DNA of 64,000 bases from Podarcis tiliguerta (lineage: Eukaryota): the NCBI GenBank assembly GCA_965153285.1, contig OZ229115.1. One strand, 5' to 3'. Each line of letters opens with the position of its first letter. The stretch's first letter is position 1. The notes under the pieces are model-generated. The model worked only from the letters and a program-made list of their open reading frames with translations. It was not told the origin of the DNA and did not search any database. Made by a program: the position numbers and the translations under genes. This document shows, in pieces, positions 48,801-61,208 of the stretch.

Positions 48801-51800
48801 AGATCTGCTACTTCCCTCCTGTGTGCTAATAATGTCCCGTGCTTCTCTACTTTCACAACGGGGCAGTGAGAGTGATCCAGGGATAGGAAGGAGAAAGCGT
48901 CTTCATCAAGGTTTGGACAATGGCTACATCCTGGTGCCTTATCAGGATGTAGCATCAAGCCAGCTCCTCAGCCACTTCTGGAAGGAAAGCCGCCTCACTT
49001 TCCCAGTAGGTCAATTTCCTCTTGCAGAAGAGGAGGATGCCTGCTTGACAGCAGCTCAGCATTCAAGATCATGATGAAGTTATTCTTAGCAGAAGGAAAT
49101 GATGCAACAAGGAATTTATCCACTTGAAGGAAGCTGGGTTTCCGTCCACGGGTATTATCTAAGTTGCCTTGCACTTCATTCATTCAGCCAACTTGCTGTG
49201 TGCACATTTAGCTGCAGAGATGGCTAGAGGAGCATTTCATGTCAACAGGTCACAAGGTCTTTGGCTTGATGGGATCTGCTTTCTCAATAACCATCTGGTC
49301 TGCCTAGCACTTGGGATTTTTGCTCTCTAAGATGCTCTGGACTGCTCCATAGATGTCAGAGACTGTTTCTTCCCAAAGATCATAAGCTGTGGCATCACCA
49401 TGGGGAGCAAGAAAACTTTCCCAGTGTTTTAGAAATCTGTTGTGCTTCAATTGGCTCTTTATGAACTTCCCTGGGCATGAAGTGGTAGAATGAACTGTTC
49501 TACTTCAGGTTACAGAGAATGTGTGCATGTCACATTTTTAATGCTCCCCAATAAAAAACATTCCCTACAAATAGGGAACAAAGCATAACAATAAGAGAGG
49601 GCTAACTTAGGATCTTTCTCTCTGATACGTTAGTATTTTTATCTATAAAGGCACCACATATATTCAAGCAGAATATTTGTGGCGAATATTTACATTGGAG
49701 AGCATTTAAAAAATGGCACCCCTCCGCCTGCAGCCTGATGGTCCATCTGCTACTTCAGGATTCTATCGCTTCATTCATCTGCCTGCAAAAACCAGGCAGC
49801 TTCTGTTTCTTAAGGCTACCCAGTACGCACACTTCTTTTTCAACTTGGTAATGTGGATGTGGGTGCTGACTGTACCCTAAGCTATGAAGGGTACTGCTTG
49901 AAGTGGTTTCAGTTTTCACCAAGGATTATAGCACCTTTAGCTTTCCTTTCTTGCAGAAGAGGCAACAGTGCACATTCAACTGAAGTTTCCTATTTGCACA
50001 ATGGACTCCTTTCCTCCCTGTTTCACTATCTCTTGCTGAGTAGGTTGGGTGGCAAACTGCATTTGGGATAGTTGTCCTTTTCTGCAGTTTTTTTTCTGGT
50101 AGTTTGATGTGTGGATATGCTGTTTTTGATGTGAAGAGGGAATCTGTTCCATAAAGTAACACATGGTGTAAAATTGCACTGTCAGAGTGCCTTTGGGACA
50201 TCTTCAGAATCTGGATTTTAAACCCAAAGAATTTAAGAGGTGTCTCTGTGACGTAGCGCTGTCCATATATCTGTGGCTCACAGTAGCTGCTGCTATCCCA
50301 GTCCCAGTCACCATGTCTCCCAAGTGGCTGATCGTGCAGCTGTAGCATCATAAGAAAACATGGTGGCTGGAGCTGGCCTAGTGGTAGCCACTGCAGGCTT
50401 TTGGAGAAAGGTGGGAGAGACCAATGGGTGGTGAAGGCGGGCAAGAACCAGAGAGCCAGTTGGAGATGCTTTAGAGGCCTGATGCAGCTCATCAGCTGCC
50501 TATTGAGAAATGTCTATAGAGGAAGTTGTGGTATTGAAAGTAAACTAAGGGTTCCATGGAAAAAAATGTAGAAAGAAATCTTGATGAGAAAGCAAGGGCA
50601 GGCATGCGCAAAGTATATTCCAGAACGTTGTGTGTTTAGCCCTGTCCAAGATTCTGAAGGGGTCATGTGCAAATTCCACATAAGTTGTCCAGGTCTGTAT
50701 TTTTCCCCTCTCCAGGGATTTTGATACAGAAGAAATGCAAAACTGCTCTTGAATCGCTCTGGGATTGATCCAGAGTAAATTAGTTGCCCTTGGGTCCCAG
50801 TAAAATCAACACAACTTGTTAGTCATGGCTTAAAACTTTGTTCCCATTGAAGCAAATGGGATCTAACTGCAATGTACTCCGTTTGGATCCAGCTTTCTTG
50901 AGTTTAGAATGCATTTTGGGCTTTAGGCACAAAATCTGCTGATTGGGCAAATTGGAGGGGAGACACGTGCATGCAGAATGCCACAATTTCTCCCTTAAAT
51001 GGCTTTTGTGTCAGATCTCTGCATTGCTTTTAAACTTAAGGAATTTAGCAGTTTGCGGTGTTGGAGCGGGGGCACCTCCTCAGGGGGAAACTGGGGTAAA
51101 GTGGGTGTTTGGGGTAGGGGCTTTCTGTTCACAGCTATGCAAGCATTCAGGTCCCCTGTCGCTATCTGAAGAACTGCAGTGGTAGTTATGTAACATCACT
51201 GCTGTCCGGCATGCTAAGTTTTCTGTTCTGTGTTGGTGGTTGTTTTCTTTTAAGTGACCCAAACTGAGCCTGTGAAGTGTCAGGGGAAAGTTCAGGAAAA
51301 GGATGTTTGCTGTTTTGAGCAAAGCGCTGTAGCTCCTCTGTTCCCTTTCCATTTGCCAGGGTTGCTTCTTCCTACAAACTAAACTGCCATGAACTGGCAT
51401 TGCTACAAGTGGAAGGAGGCGATAAAAATGGGATACCATTTTAAGCAAAAGAGGAAGGCAGCTTTCTTGCTGCAGACCCCAAAAGCAGCTGAACTTCTGA
51501 AGTGTTGGGTCTTAATAATAATAATAACACGTGCACACTTTGCATCATGGAGTTTCTGTGAATGTTAGCCTAGAGTGCAGTTTGCTCTCCACAGGGCTAG
51601 TGCACCAGTCCACTTTGATGTGTCTAATTGACTGTATTCTGTGCTTAGATGAGAAAACATTGGTGGGTTTGGATGTTGTATAGCTCTGCTTTCTACTCAA
51701 ACCTGTAAATTCATTCCATAGGAGAGTAGAGAGGAAGAGTGGTCAACATATACCATGAGCAATAGCAGAAGGCATACTTGCCTGCAATTCCAACTAAAGG

Positions 51801-52430
51801 ACGGAAGAGGGCAGAGAGCAATTGGCCACATTCTCATGTCACACTCACTACAGTTCTGTATGACATGTGTGGGACAGAGTGAGCCTCATGTTTGGCCATT
51901 CTCCTGTCCTGCCAAGTGGCCAGGGAGAGTTCAGAAATGTTTACCTCCACTCTTGCTTAACTCCTGTTTGTTGTGTCATCCAGACCAGCAAACTGAGGTT
52001 TATACTAACTGCAGTTACTTTCAAACAAGCCAGCTACAAACCACGGTGACTGAAGCTGGCTTGTTTAAACTAACCATAGTTCTGGGTCTGGACAACATGG
52101 CATTCTGTGGTTAATCAAGGGCAGAAGTTATGAAAGGAGTAGTGTACAAGCTGCAGTTCTTGGCTAATACATCAAGCCACTGTCTGATCTCTATTTTGCA
52201 GCAGGATTCAATATCTTCCTATCTTTATGAATGCTAGCAGATCCCGCATTATCTCCACAGGACTATCCCAGCAAAGCAAGCCCCTTGCATCCCTGATCAT
52301 TGGCTGTTGTAACCTTTTGTTGATATGTCTTACGAAATACATCACGTGTCTTTTGAACCACTGTTGTTTTGTAGTGTGAAGTTGGTCAAAAGCCCATTCT
52401 GTTTTAACACTCTCTTGTGTTTTCATTCAG

Positions 52431-52590
52431 GACTGGGAGTTCTTAGTCCTTGAGAAACTAAAGTGGGACCTAGTGTCAGTGATAGCCAATGACTTCTTGG
52501 ATCATATTCTCCAGCGGCTCTCACTTCCCCAGCAGAAGGTGGACTTGGTGAAGAAGCATGCACAGACGTTCATTGCATTGTGTGCTACAG
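52431..52590 (+). CDS. CCND3: Cyclin D3 coding exon 3 (160 nt)
   Basis: Acceptor ttttcattcag|. Encodes DWEFLVLEKLKWDLVSVIANDFLDHILQRLSLPQQKVDLVKKHAQTFIALCAT. Donor CAG|GTATGT, phase 1. Missed by the ORF track; read by hand. Confidence 0.97.
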
Positions 52591-53430
52591 GTATGTCCTG
52601 TGACAGGTGACCTTCCCTGGAATGGTGGAGCATAGTTAAATTACAGGCTAAAATGAAACAGAACTTGATTTTTATCCCTAGCTATACTAAACAAATTATC
52701 AGTGGCATCTTAGGATCTCATTTTTCAGAGACACCCAGCTTTTTTCCCATTGGTAGCAGAACCCTTGACCTCTTTGGTTTCTCATGACTGATGAATATTA
52801 GGCAAACTATTGTTTATAAGGTTTCCTTGTTGAAATTTGTCACAAAAAGCCACATTGCATATTAAAGACACATCCACCCCAGCACTCTGCTCTCAGAAGC
52901 ATCTAGCATTTGGCTACTAAAGTAATTGGCTCTCCCTTGATAGTCTTTTGGGCTGGGACAGTTTGTACAACTCCATTGCAGAGTGCTGTCTTTGTTTGAT
53001 TTAAATGAGAATGCAATGTGTAAGCCCACCAAATAGAATGGTAAAATCCATTTGTCCATCTGAAGTTAACACCTCAACACGGTGGGGGTGGGAGCTCCTC
53101 TCAACTCACTTTCTTCCTTCACACGAGAAATGCCTGAAGATGACTTCAGCATTCCTCCTGTCCATTGGCCAGGCCACTCCTGGAAAACCTGCTCATAATA
53201 TTCCGTTGGCAAACTATTTCTTTAAGCTAATGGATTGCATGCTTTTAAGATACTGTAGCTGGATGGTGGGAAGTCCTAGGACCTCTCAAGGGCAACAGGA
53301 AAGACCTTGATGGTAATGTGTTTTTTTTGTGGGGTGCTGTTATCACAAATTGGCTGGAAGCTGTAGTGAGCAAAGAATTCGTGTCATCATTTCTCCTGTC
53401 ACCCTCTCTTCTTTCTCCTTGAATTTGTAG

Positions 53431-53573
53431 ATTACACATTTGCTATGTATCCCCCATCCATGATTGCTACTGGAAGCATTGGAGCGGCAGTCCATGGCCT
53501 CTCTACCTCATCCGATGATTTTTCTGGCGAGGAGCTTACGGAACTGCTTGCTAGCATTACTGGCACAGAGGTG
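53431..53573 (+). CDS. CCND3: Cyclin D3 coding exon 4 (143 nt)
   Basis: Acceptor tttgtag|. Encodes (D)YTFAMYPPSMIATGSIGAAVHGLSTSSDDFSGEELTELLASITGTEV. Donor GTG|GTGAGT. Exon 3+4 = 303 nt, which keeps the frame. Confidence 0.96.
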
Positions 53574-56500
53574 GTGAGTATGGGCTCAGTGGGGAACAGG
53601 GCTCTGGTTCTGGGGAGTTGGGACCCTGCTTACATTTTGCTTTTTGACTCAAGGCAAACTTACTCTGGCTTCATCTGCCCAAGTCCAGAGATCTTGCTTT
53701 TACTTATGAAGTGGCATTTGGCATCTCTCTGCAGAAACTATTGCATGGACTTAATGTGCCTCATCTTCTACCTGTCAGCCTCTTTGTTTTAGAGGCACAC
53801 GACAGCCATGCAGTATTACGATGACGATTATTTCAATCCAACCTTTATGTTAATTAGATGTCCAAGGCAGCTAATAAGGCCAGGAAAACCTGCAGCAATA
53901 AAGCATATCACATCAATGAATACATTGTAAAAGTAGTCCAGGAAGTGCCTGAGCTGCAGCCACCTCTTTTTTTAAGTGTACAAAGCACATGAGGAGATGT
54001 ATGTTTGGAGAGAACCTCTGCTCCATTCATCTTGGTGGAGTAGCTGCTCTTTTGGGAAGAAAGGCTTCAGGACTGAAAGTTGCTGTCTTATTTTATAACC
54101 TAAGTGCACACCTGTGAGGCAGGAAGGGCCCATTATATCAGAGAGAAATAAATGGGGAATGGGACAGACATACTGTACACAAGATCAAGCAAGAGGGTCT
54201 GTGTCAAGGTAAGGCAATTTGGGGGCATATTTCCTTAATATATTCCGTGCCAGTGACTTAGTGTAATCCTCTGCAGAAGTTGGCCCTCCTGAGTTCATTG
54301 GTCTTGCTCTGCAGTAAGTGTGTCTTAGAACAGTATCTTTAACCAGCCCCCAGGGCCCCCTGCCATATAAAAATCATTCATTTCATCTGAGAAGGGTGTT
54401 TTATTAGCAAAATTTATAATCCATTTGATTGTAAATAGAACCCCCTTGCGGTTTACCAAAAACAAAAATGTGGAAATTGTTGTTAAAATACAATGTTAAA
54501 ACAGGTATTTACCGGTAAGTATTTCAAACCGTAATTAAAGTTACACTAAAACAAATTAAAATATATGTCAACAAAATTGGTTTTAGCAGATAGGCTATTT
54601 CTTTTCCACAGAAATTCATAGCTGTACATGTGGAGGGCTCTTATTATTGCATGCAGGCACCAGAAGGGCATGGCCAGTGGGAACAGGGCTAGCAGATGCA
54701 GTCCTCCTTTCACACATTCACTCACTTAGTGCATGGAAGGGGGGGGGAGAGATGTCTGACAAGCCCCTATTGTACCATGTATTGTGACATTTCCAGCCTG
54801 GGCCCCCTTTGTTTCTCTTACCCTGTGGGTCTTCTGATAGCGCCATCATATTGTAGGCGCAGAGAGGGTAGAGTCATAAGTATCTGCAGTATACTACCAT
54901 CCTTTGGAATGATCCTTTGGATCTTGTGGTTCGGTTTATCGTCCTGTTCATGCTGCCCAAAAATATTGTGCAAGGTGTCCTGGAGTTCTGCAGCCTCTCC
55001 TTTCTGCGTCAATCCCCCTTGGATGGATACAGGGTGAAAAGCTGCAGTGGAAGGAGAAAGCTGGGCAGCCCAGATTTGGTATGAGGGCAGTTCCATAACC
55101 TGTGCTATCCCATTAGACAGAGTGGGGAAACTTTTTCAGCCGGAGGGCTGTGTTCCCTTTATGGACATCCTTTCAGGGGCCACATACAAGCTCTGGCCCT
55201 GGCCAGAGGCAAAATGGGTGGGGAACCAAATGTAGATTTCACTTTTGTACCGCAAGCCATATTCTACAAACGTTTGTAGCCCTCTTTATCCTCCATCCAG
55301 ACAAGCAGGAGGCATTATTAGAGGATGCATTCCTGCAAATGCTCAGGATACAAAGCAGGACCAGCTAAGGGCGTGGCCCGAGGAGGCTCCTAAGGACCTG
55401 GCAGAGAGGTGTGGAGGGCTGCATTTCTTCCCCACCCCACCCCTGCTGTAAGAGCAGCCATCCCAGCTTGTGACGTCAAGGACAATGGGCCTTTTTTCAG
55501 CAGCTTGGAGACTAATTACTTAATTTGGCACGAGATTCTGCACGGAACAGCTTATTTCATCATGTCCGGGTATCCATTGAGAAGAGCCCATTCTTTCTTA
55601 AACTCCCTTCTGATGCGGAAGGGCTTGCATCCTCCAGAAACGGAAGACACCGTTGGCTTTCTTCGCCTACTCAATGCAAAGACTGCATGGTTGGCATGCT
55701 TTCCTCTCTATCCTTCCCTCCCCTCCTGATTCCCAAGCTAGTGTTCGCTTCTTGGTCCAGAGCCAGCGCAGCAAGTGGCTGTGTCTCTTTCCCTGGCCGG
55801 CGGGGGTTGACATGAATTTGGCTGTTTCTCTAAAGCCCAACCACGTTTCCCAAATGTGCCGTGCCAGCTCCTGGCCTGCTGCTGAATGGGTGATGGCTGC
55901 ATGATGCAGGTGGCTCTCCTACCGATGGCTTGCATGAGGTCCGAGATCAGTTGCTCCTCTTTGTCCCGGGTACACAGGAGGCCTTTGAAAAACAGCCATC
56001 CACCTCAACGGACAGGTGTTAGGGATTGGGCTGGCCGATGGGGAAGGGATAGAACCAGCTTAGCATCTGTTCATGTGGCGCAGTGTCAGATTCCTGTCAG
56101 GGGCAAGCATGGAGGCCAAAGAAGTTCATTTCAAGCAGAATTCCAGGGCCCTCCCTGGGTGCCAGAGGGGCATCAGAGAGGAGGGGGAAGCTGGGCTTTT
56201 CGTGTCTCCCGCTACCTGGCAAAAGCTGAAAGGCGGAACGAAGGCTCTGGGATTGGACCTCTCCCGCAGATCCAGCCATCGCTGCTTGACAGTCGTGGAG
56301 CAGAAACTTATCTCTTGCTGGGTTTTCTTTGGCCTCTTTCCCTAGTCTCTGAATTGCTCGCAGCCAGCTGCTTGCAAGCTGCTGCTGTGAATGAGGCGGA
56401 GTTTGAATGCTGGTCCTGTGAGCACAGTTGATCGAAGACAGCAGAGAACAGGTGGAAGGTGGGGAGAGGATTACAAAAGTGACCCATAAAGAGCAGATTA

Positions 56501-58874
56501 GAAGCACTAAAAGTAGCCAAGGCTTGGTGCCACAAAGAAGCTTGGGCCTAGCCTACGTTGGAACGCTGAGCTTATCTTGCTGATTGGGAGGGTCTTTCCT
56601 TTGCCCAATTCCTTTTGGCTGCACTTCTGCTCTTTGTGTCATTTTGAAGTTAATTAGAAGACAAGCTCGGGGTGAAGATGCCTCTTTGTGGTGTCCCCTG
56701 CCATCTCATCTGCCACGCCCAACAGGCTTTTGCTGAAGGTTCACTGGGTAGGGGCTTCAAACTGTGGCTCTGTTCTCACTTGGTTGGCCCTCTTGAGGTG
56801 AAAATGCTACTTCATATTAAAGAAGCATACATCACTAAATTATATATCTGGGTAGGCTTTCTGGTATTCATATTAGGCCTGCCTCATTTTAATAGATGCT
56901 TCCATGATGTTTTGCCTACAAAGGTACCAGTCCAATTAAGATGTTGTGCTTGGAGCCTACCAAGAAGTTTGGTTAATATCAGCCAAAGGGTTCATGATTT
57001 GGTTGTTTTTCTGGTTACCTCTTGAGCTGTTGGTTACTGTGCAGGTTCCAGTGACCCAGATAGTACCTTTTTTTTCCCTCTGCCAGTTCATCTTCTGTAG
57101 TAAACATGCATCCTCAAGGCTAGATAACATCTTCAGTCATAATCAACCTTTGATTTCTGCTGCATTCCAGTTTTGCTTGATTTTTACTTGGAGTCAGGAG
57201 AACATGCTCTGTATCTACTTCAGAACATGAGTTTAGGCTGCTAGTCTGGGACTTTGTACATACTGCGATATGCTGTCCGTAGTTATTCAATCTTTCTGTT
57301 TTGGGTATCTGTTGCAAGCCACATCACCTGGCACAACTTTTAAAATCCCGAGACTTGAGTTTTTGTTCTCATGTTTCTAGTCCTCACTGTCAAAGAAAGT
57401 TAAGTGTGAGACTGAGGGTAGTGGAGACTGGCTCACAAATGAAAAGGATGTAGAATAGGATTTGTGTGATCTGAACTTACCTTATACCTCCTATATCTTC
57501 TCCACACCTGCATTCTTTCCTTTCCTATCAATATGTCAGTTTCATCCATTTAATTAATTGCTTGTCAGGATTAGCTGAGGATAAACACATTTAGATACGA
57601 ATTGCTTTGTCATTGGTGTTACATCACATTAACCAGCATGTTACTGCCCACCCTCCATCCCTGAGTTGCCCCATGTCTTGTGCTGGCATCTCTCTTGCCT
57701 ACAACTCACTGGGCACTTCCAGAAGCTCAGAAACATGCTTTGAAGGGTCAGTTTGAATCTTTATGGCTGGCAATAGGCCATGCTGTTCCTGTAGACATAC
57801 AGCACTGGTTCATCATAGCCACATTGCAAGATCACAAGTTCTTTAGAAGGGTGCCTTCCATTGGTTCATCAGTGCTAACCTGATGGCACTCCAGATGTTT
57901 CTGGCCTTCAGCTCTTTCACATGGCCAGTGGTTAGGGATTATGGGGGTTGTATTTCAGCATTATCTGGAGCGTCAAAGATATTAGCTGCCTTGTTCTCCA
58001 TTGAGCAGTAGCACCTCTCCAGGGTACAAGACCGCCCTGAAGAAACTGGAAATTCAACTTGGGGTTTTCTTCATGCAGCACATGCGTTTTACCACTCTTA
58101 ATAGTCCCTCGGTTTCTGAACAGTGCTGGAATCCCCTCTGCAAAACAGACTTGCAAGGTTCAATTCACAAAAAAGCAGCTTTCGGTTCCCATGCATAAAC
58201 TCATGCAAGTGCTTCTGAATTCCTTTAATCAATCCTCCTCCTTTCACAGCGTTGCTTCCCGTTCCTTCCCTTGCACCCACAAACTGGCCAATAAATTTAG
58301 AATGGCCTTTGCTGAGCCCTGGCTTCTGTTGGGTGGAGGTTTTAGAGGCCACAGTTACTGGAACTGTCTTGGGGAAGGAGTGTTGGGTGTTGCTATTTTT
58401 ACTTGCCACATCCTCTGTCAATTTCTAAGAACTAAACGTGGATTCTTTGTAAGATTATGTATGTGGCAGGATCCTGCAAATGGACCCAGCCTCGGGGAGC
58501 TGGCTGGGGATCCAATCAGAACCCCGACGCTCTGCAGTGCAAAATGTCAGTTTTCTTGTAAGCTGGGGCAAGAGGGCGAACCCTGGCCTTTAGAGGAGGA
58601 GGTGCAGCAGCGATGGGGTTCATTGGGGCTCACCACCGTGACTCATTGCAAAACGAGAGGGGTTTCCTCATCTCAAATCGTTGCTGTATGCGGCTCCTCC
58701 CAAGCGTAAGGTCAAGATTTCCCCTTGCATTAATGCAGTTGCCTTGACAGTAGCATTCTCAGTCACATGCAGGCTAGTGCATTCAAAGTGTGGGGGGGGG
58801 GGGTTCAGTGTACTGCTGAACATTTTCTAGTGCTATGACATAAAAGCAATTAGCCTTCGAAGAAAGTTCTAGAA

Positions 58875-59096
58875 CAGTGGTTCCCAATTAGCTAAGTAGT
58901 GCAGACCCCATTTTTCAAAAGCCATGCCATGGACTCCCTACGTTTAAAATTTTTGATATCTCTGTGGTAGTTTTTGTTTATATGCGTGGGGGCGGGGGAC
59001 ACGTCTTCTGACCTACGTGAGAGCACTGCCCCCAAAACGGGATATCCCGGACAATTGACAAGTACGTTCCACGGACCAACCAATTGAGAACCACTG
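58875..59096. mobile_element. hAT-Charlie-like MITE in CCND3 intron 4
   Basis: TIRs CAGTGGTTCCCAATT / AATTGAGAACCACTG (14/15). Flanks TTCTAGAA / TTGTAAAA (6/8), fitting the NTCTAGAN target preference. Confidence 0.8.
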
Positions 59097-59809
59097 TTGT
59101 AAAAAGTTCATGGGCTTATATTCTAAGGCTTATAGATTATAATGGACGCTTTCTATGGTGGGGGAGGGGTGAACATATTGCATGTGTGGAGTAGCTAGGG
59201 TTGAAAGCCTACATCTTTCAGGTACTTAATGTAGCAATCAGTGGTTTGGGGAGGGAATTTTTTTGCAATGCCTTGTGTTTCCATTTTCTAAATTCCTTAG
59301 TAACAAGGATGGGTGCCAGTTGCAAATAAGTAAGAGGCAAGCTTGGCAGTTTTGAAGTTTTTAGCTTTTCATAATAAATATAAGTAAAATAAGCACACTA
59401 AATTAGATCACTCTCTAGGATAGGGTTGGGGAATTGGATCTGGCTGGTGGGCCAGAACTTTATCTCCATGCCAAGGGCCCCCCCAGTGAGCGAAGTTTGG
59501 CAGGTGGGTGGGGTCACCCACTTGTCAATCAACTGATGTCACAGTGACACCTGGTGATTCCCTTTTTGCCTGTGCAGTTTGAAACCAAACCACAAAGGTA
59601 AAAAAGTGGACAGCATTTCCCTGTCACTATCAGCTGATTATTGTTTCTTGGGAAGCACTGAATGCAGAGCTTGCAAATCCCCTTGCACAGGACTTCCCAA
59701 GTGCCAGCAATCAGCTGATTAACAGAGCTTTGCAAGCCCTGAGCAGAAAAAGCAATGATAAAGACTAGGGCAAATTCTGACTTCACATAAAAGTTTGTAA
59801 GATGTGAAG

Positions 59810-60490
59810 TGTTGGTGACTGACCAGGAATGAGATTTTGGTGTGTTAGATGGGTTGAGTAAAATGTTGACCCAGTGTACAGCAGCTCTAAAAAGGGCAAA
59901 ATTTGTATTAGGGAGCACTAGAAAAAGGGACTAACAATCAAACTGCCAAGATCATAAAAGTGTTACACAAACGCATGTTGTCACCGCACTTGGACTACAG
60001 TGTTTAGTTCTGGTGGCCAAATCTCAAAAAGGGTATCGTAGAGCTGGAGAATGTTCAGAAAAGGGCAACTCGCTAGTGAGGAAAAATGACTACATTTGAG
60101 GTCTTTTATGTTTAAGAACAAAGCCAAGTATGGAGGAGCAGGGTAGAGGCGTATTAAATTTTGCAGAGTGTGGAGAAACGAAACAGAGAAGTCTCCCCCC
60201 TCCTTTCATAATACCAGAACTAGAGGTCATTCAATGAAGCTGAACACGGGAAGGTTCAGGGCAGACAAAGGAAAGTATTTCTTCACACCTAAACTGTGAA
60301 ATTCGCCCCTACAGGATATAGAAATGGCTAGCAGCTTGGGTGACTTTGTACCGCCTCCTTTCTCAGAGGTGGCATGTCTCAGAGTACCAGCTATGGTGTT
60401 GCTCTCCTGTCCTGATTGCAGGCTTCCCCAAAGCACCATGTTGGCTACTGTGAGATCTAGATGAGCCTTTGGTCTGATCTAACGTGCATC
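59810..60490 (+). mobile_element. CR1 LINE 3' fragment (ORF2 C-terminus remnants + 3' UTR) in intron 4
   Basis: Degenerate CR1 motifs: CCGCACTTGGACTACAGTGTTTAGTTCTGGT (PHLxYxxxFW), GAGCTGGAGAATGTTCAGAAAAGGGCAAC (ELENVQKRAT), AGAACTAGAGGTCATTCAATGAAGCTG (RTRGHSMKL). Confidence 0.85.
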
Positions 60491-61037
60491 GTAGTCTTGA
60501 GAACTGCAGACTGAGACTATTGCTATTGAATTTTTTAATAAGTATTTTCAAAAGGCTCCAAGGGAAAGACTCACAGAAGCCGCATTCAGACTCAATATTT
60601 GCTTGATGTGTGGAGGCACAACTAGGGTAATTTAGCCTGCTGGAATTCATATTTGAAACACTTAATTTTTTTCAAGTAGAGGCATAGTCTCTGCCATCAG
60701 GTACTGGTCAGCTATATAGAATGCTTGAGCCTGGTCTCAGGCTTAGGATACGGAACAAGGATAAGGTATTTCTAACCCTACTTCATAAGACCTTCCTGTT
60801 CATACATATCTAAGAATAATAGAATAATCGGAACTCTACTAGGATGCTAGTTGCCCCGCAGACCCCTCTGCATGATATTGAAGAAGGAATTCACTGTGAA
60901 TGTGCTCCTTCACTGGAGCAGAAAAGCCTATCGTCCAAACCAACCAAAGCATAGATGTTTGAAGGAGCTCTGTTATTGCCGCAGTGAAAATTTAAGTGGA
61001 AATGAACAGCACCCCCTTCTTCTCTCCTCTTCCCCAG

Positions 61038-61208
61038 GACTGCCTGAAAGCTTGTCAGGAGCAGATTGAGGTGGCCTTAGCAGAGAACCTGAAACAGACC
61101 TCACAGCCTCGGCAAGAGTACAGCCCCTCCAAGGATGCCGTTTACCCTGACAGCCAGGATGTCAGCCTGACCAGCACACCTACGGATGTCACAGACATCA
61201 ACCTGTGA
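61038..61208 (+). CDS. CCND3: Cyclin D3 coding exon 5 (56 aa + TGA)
   Basis: Acceptor cctcttccccag|. Encodes DCLKACQEQIEVALAENL...SLTSTPTDVTDINL*. Joined CDS is 292 aa with the TPTDV phosphodegron at T283/P284. YTFAMYPPSMIATGSIGAAV, ITGTEV and TSTPTDVT match cyclin D3 rather than D1/D2. Confidence 0.97.
   Translation, partial: DCLKACQEQIEVALAENLKQTSQPRQEYSPSKDAVYPDSQDVSLTSTPTDVTDINL

Noticed and set aside
58059-58709. 216-aa intronic ORF (also 48613-49074 and 49926-50492)
   Set aside because: No recognisable homology, no supporting splice or promoter structure, atypical composition.
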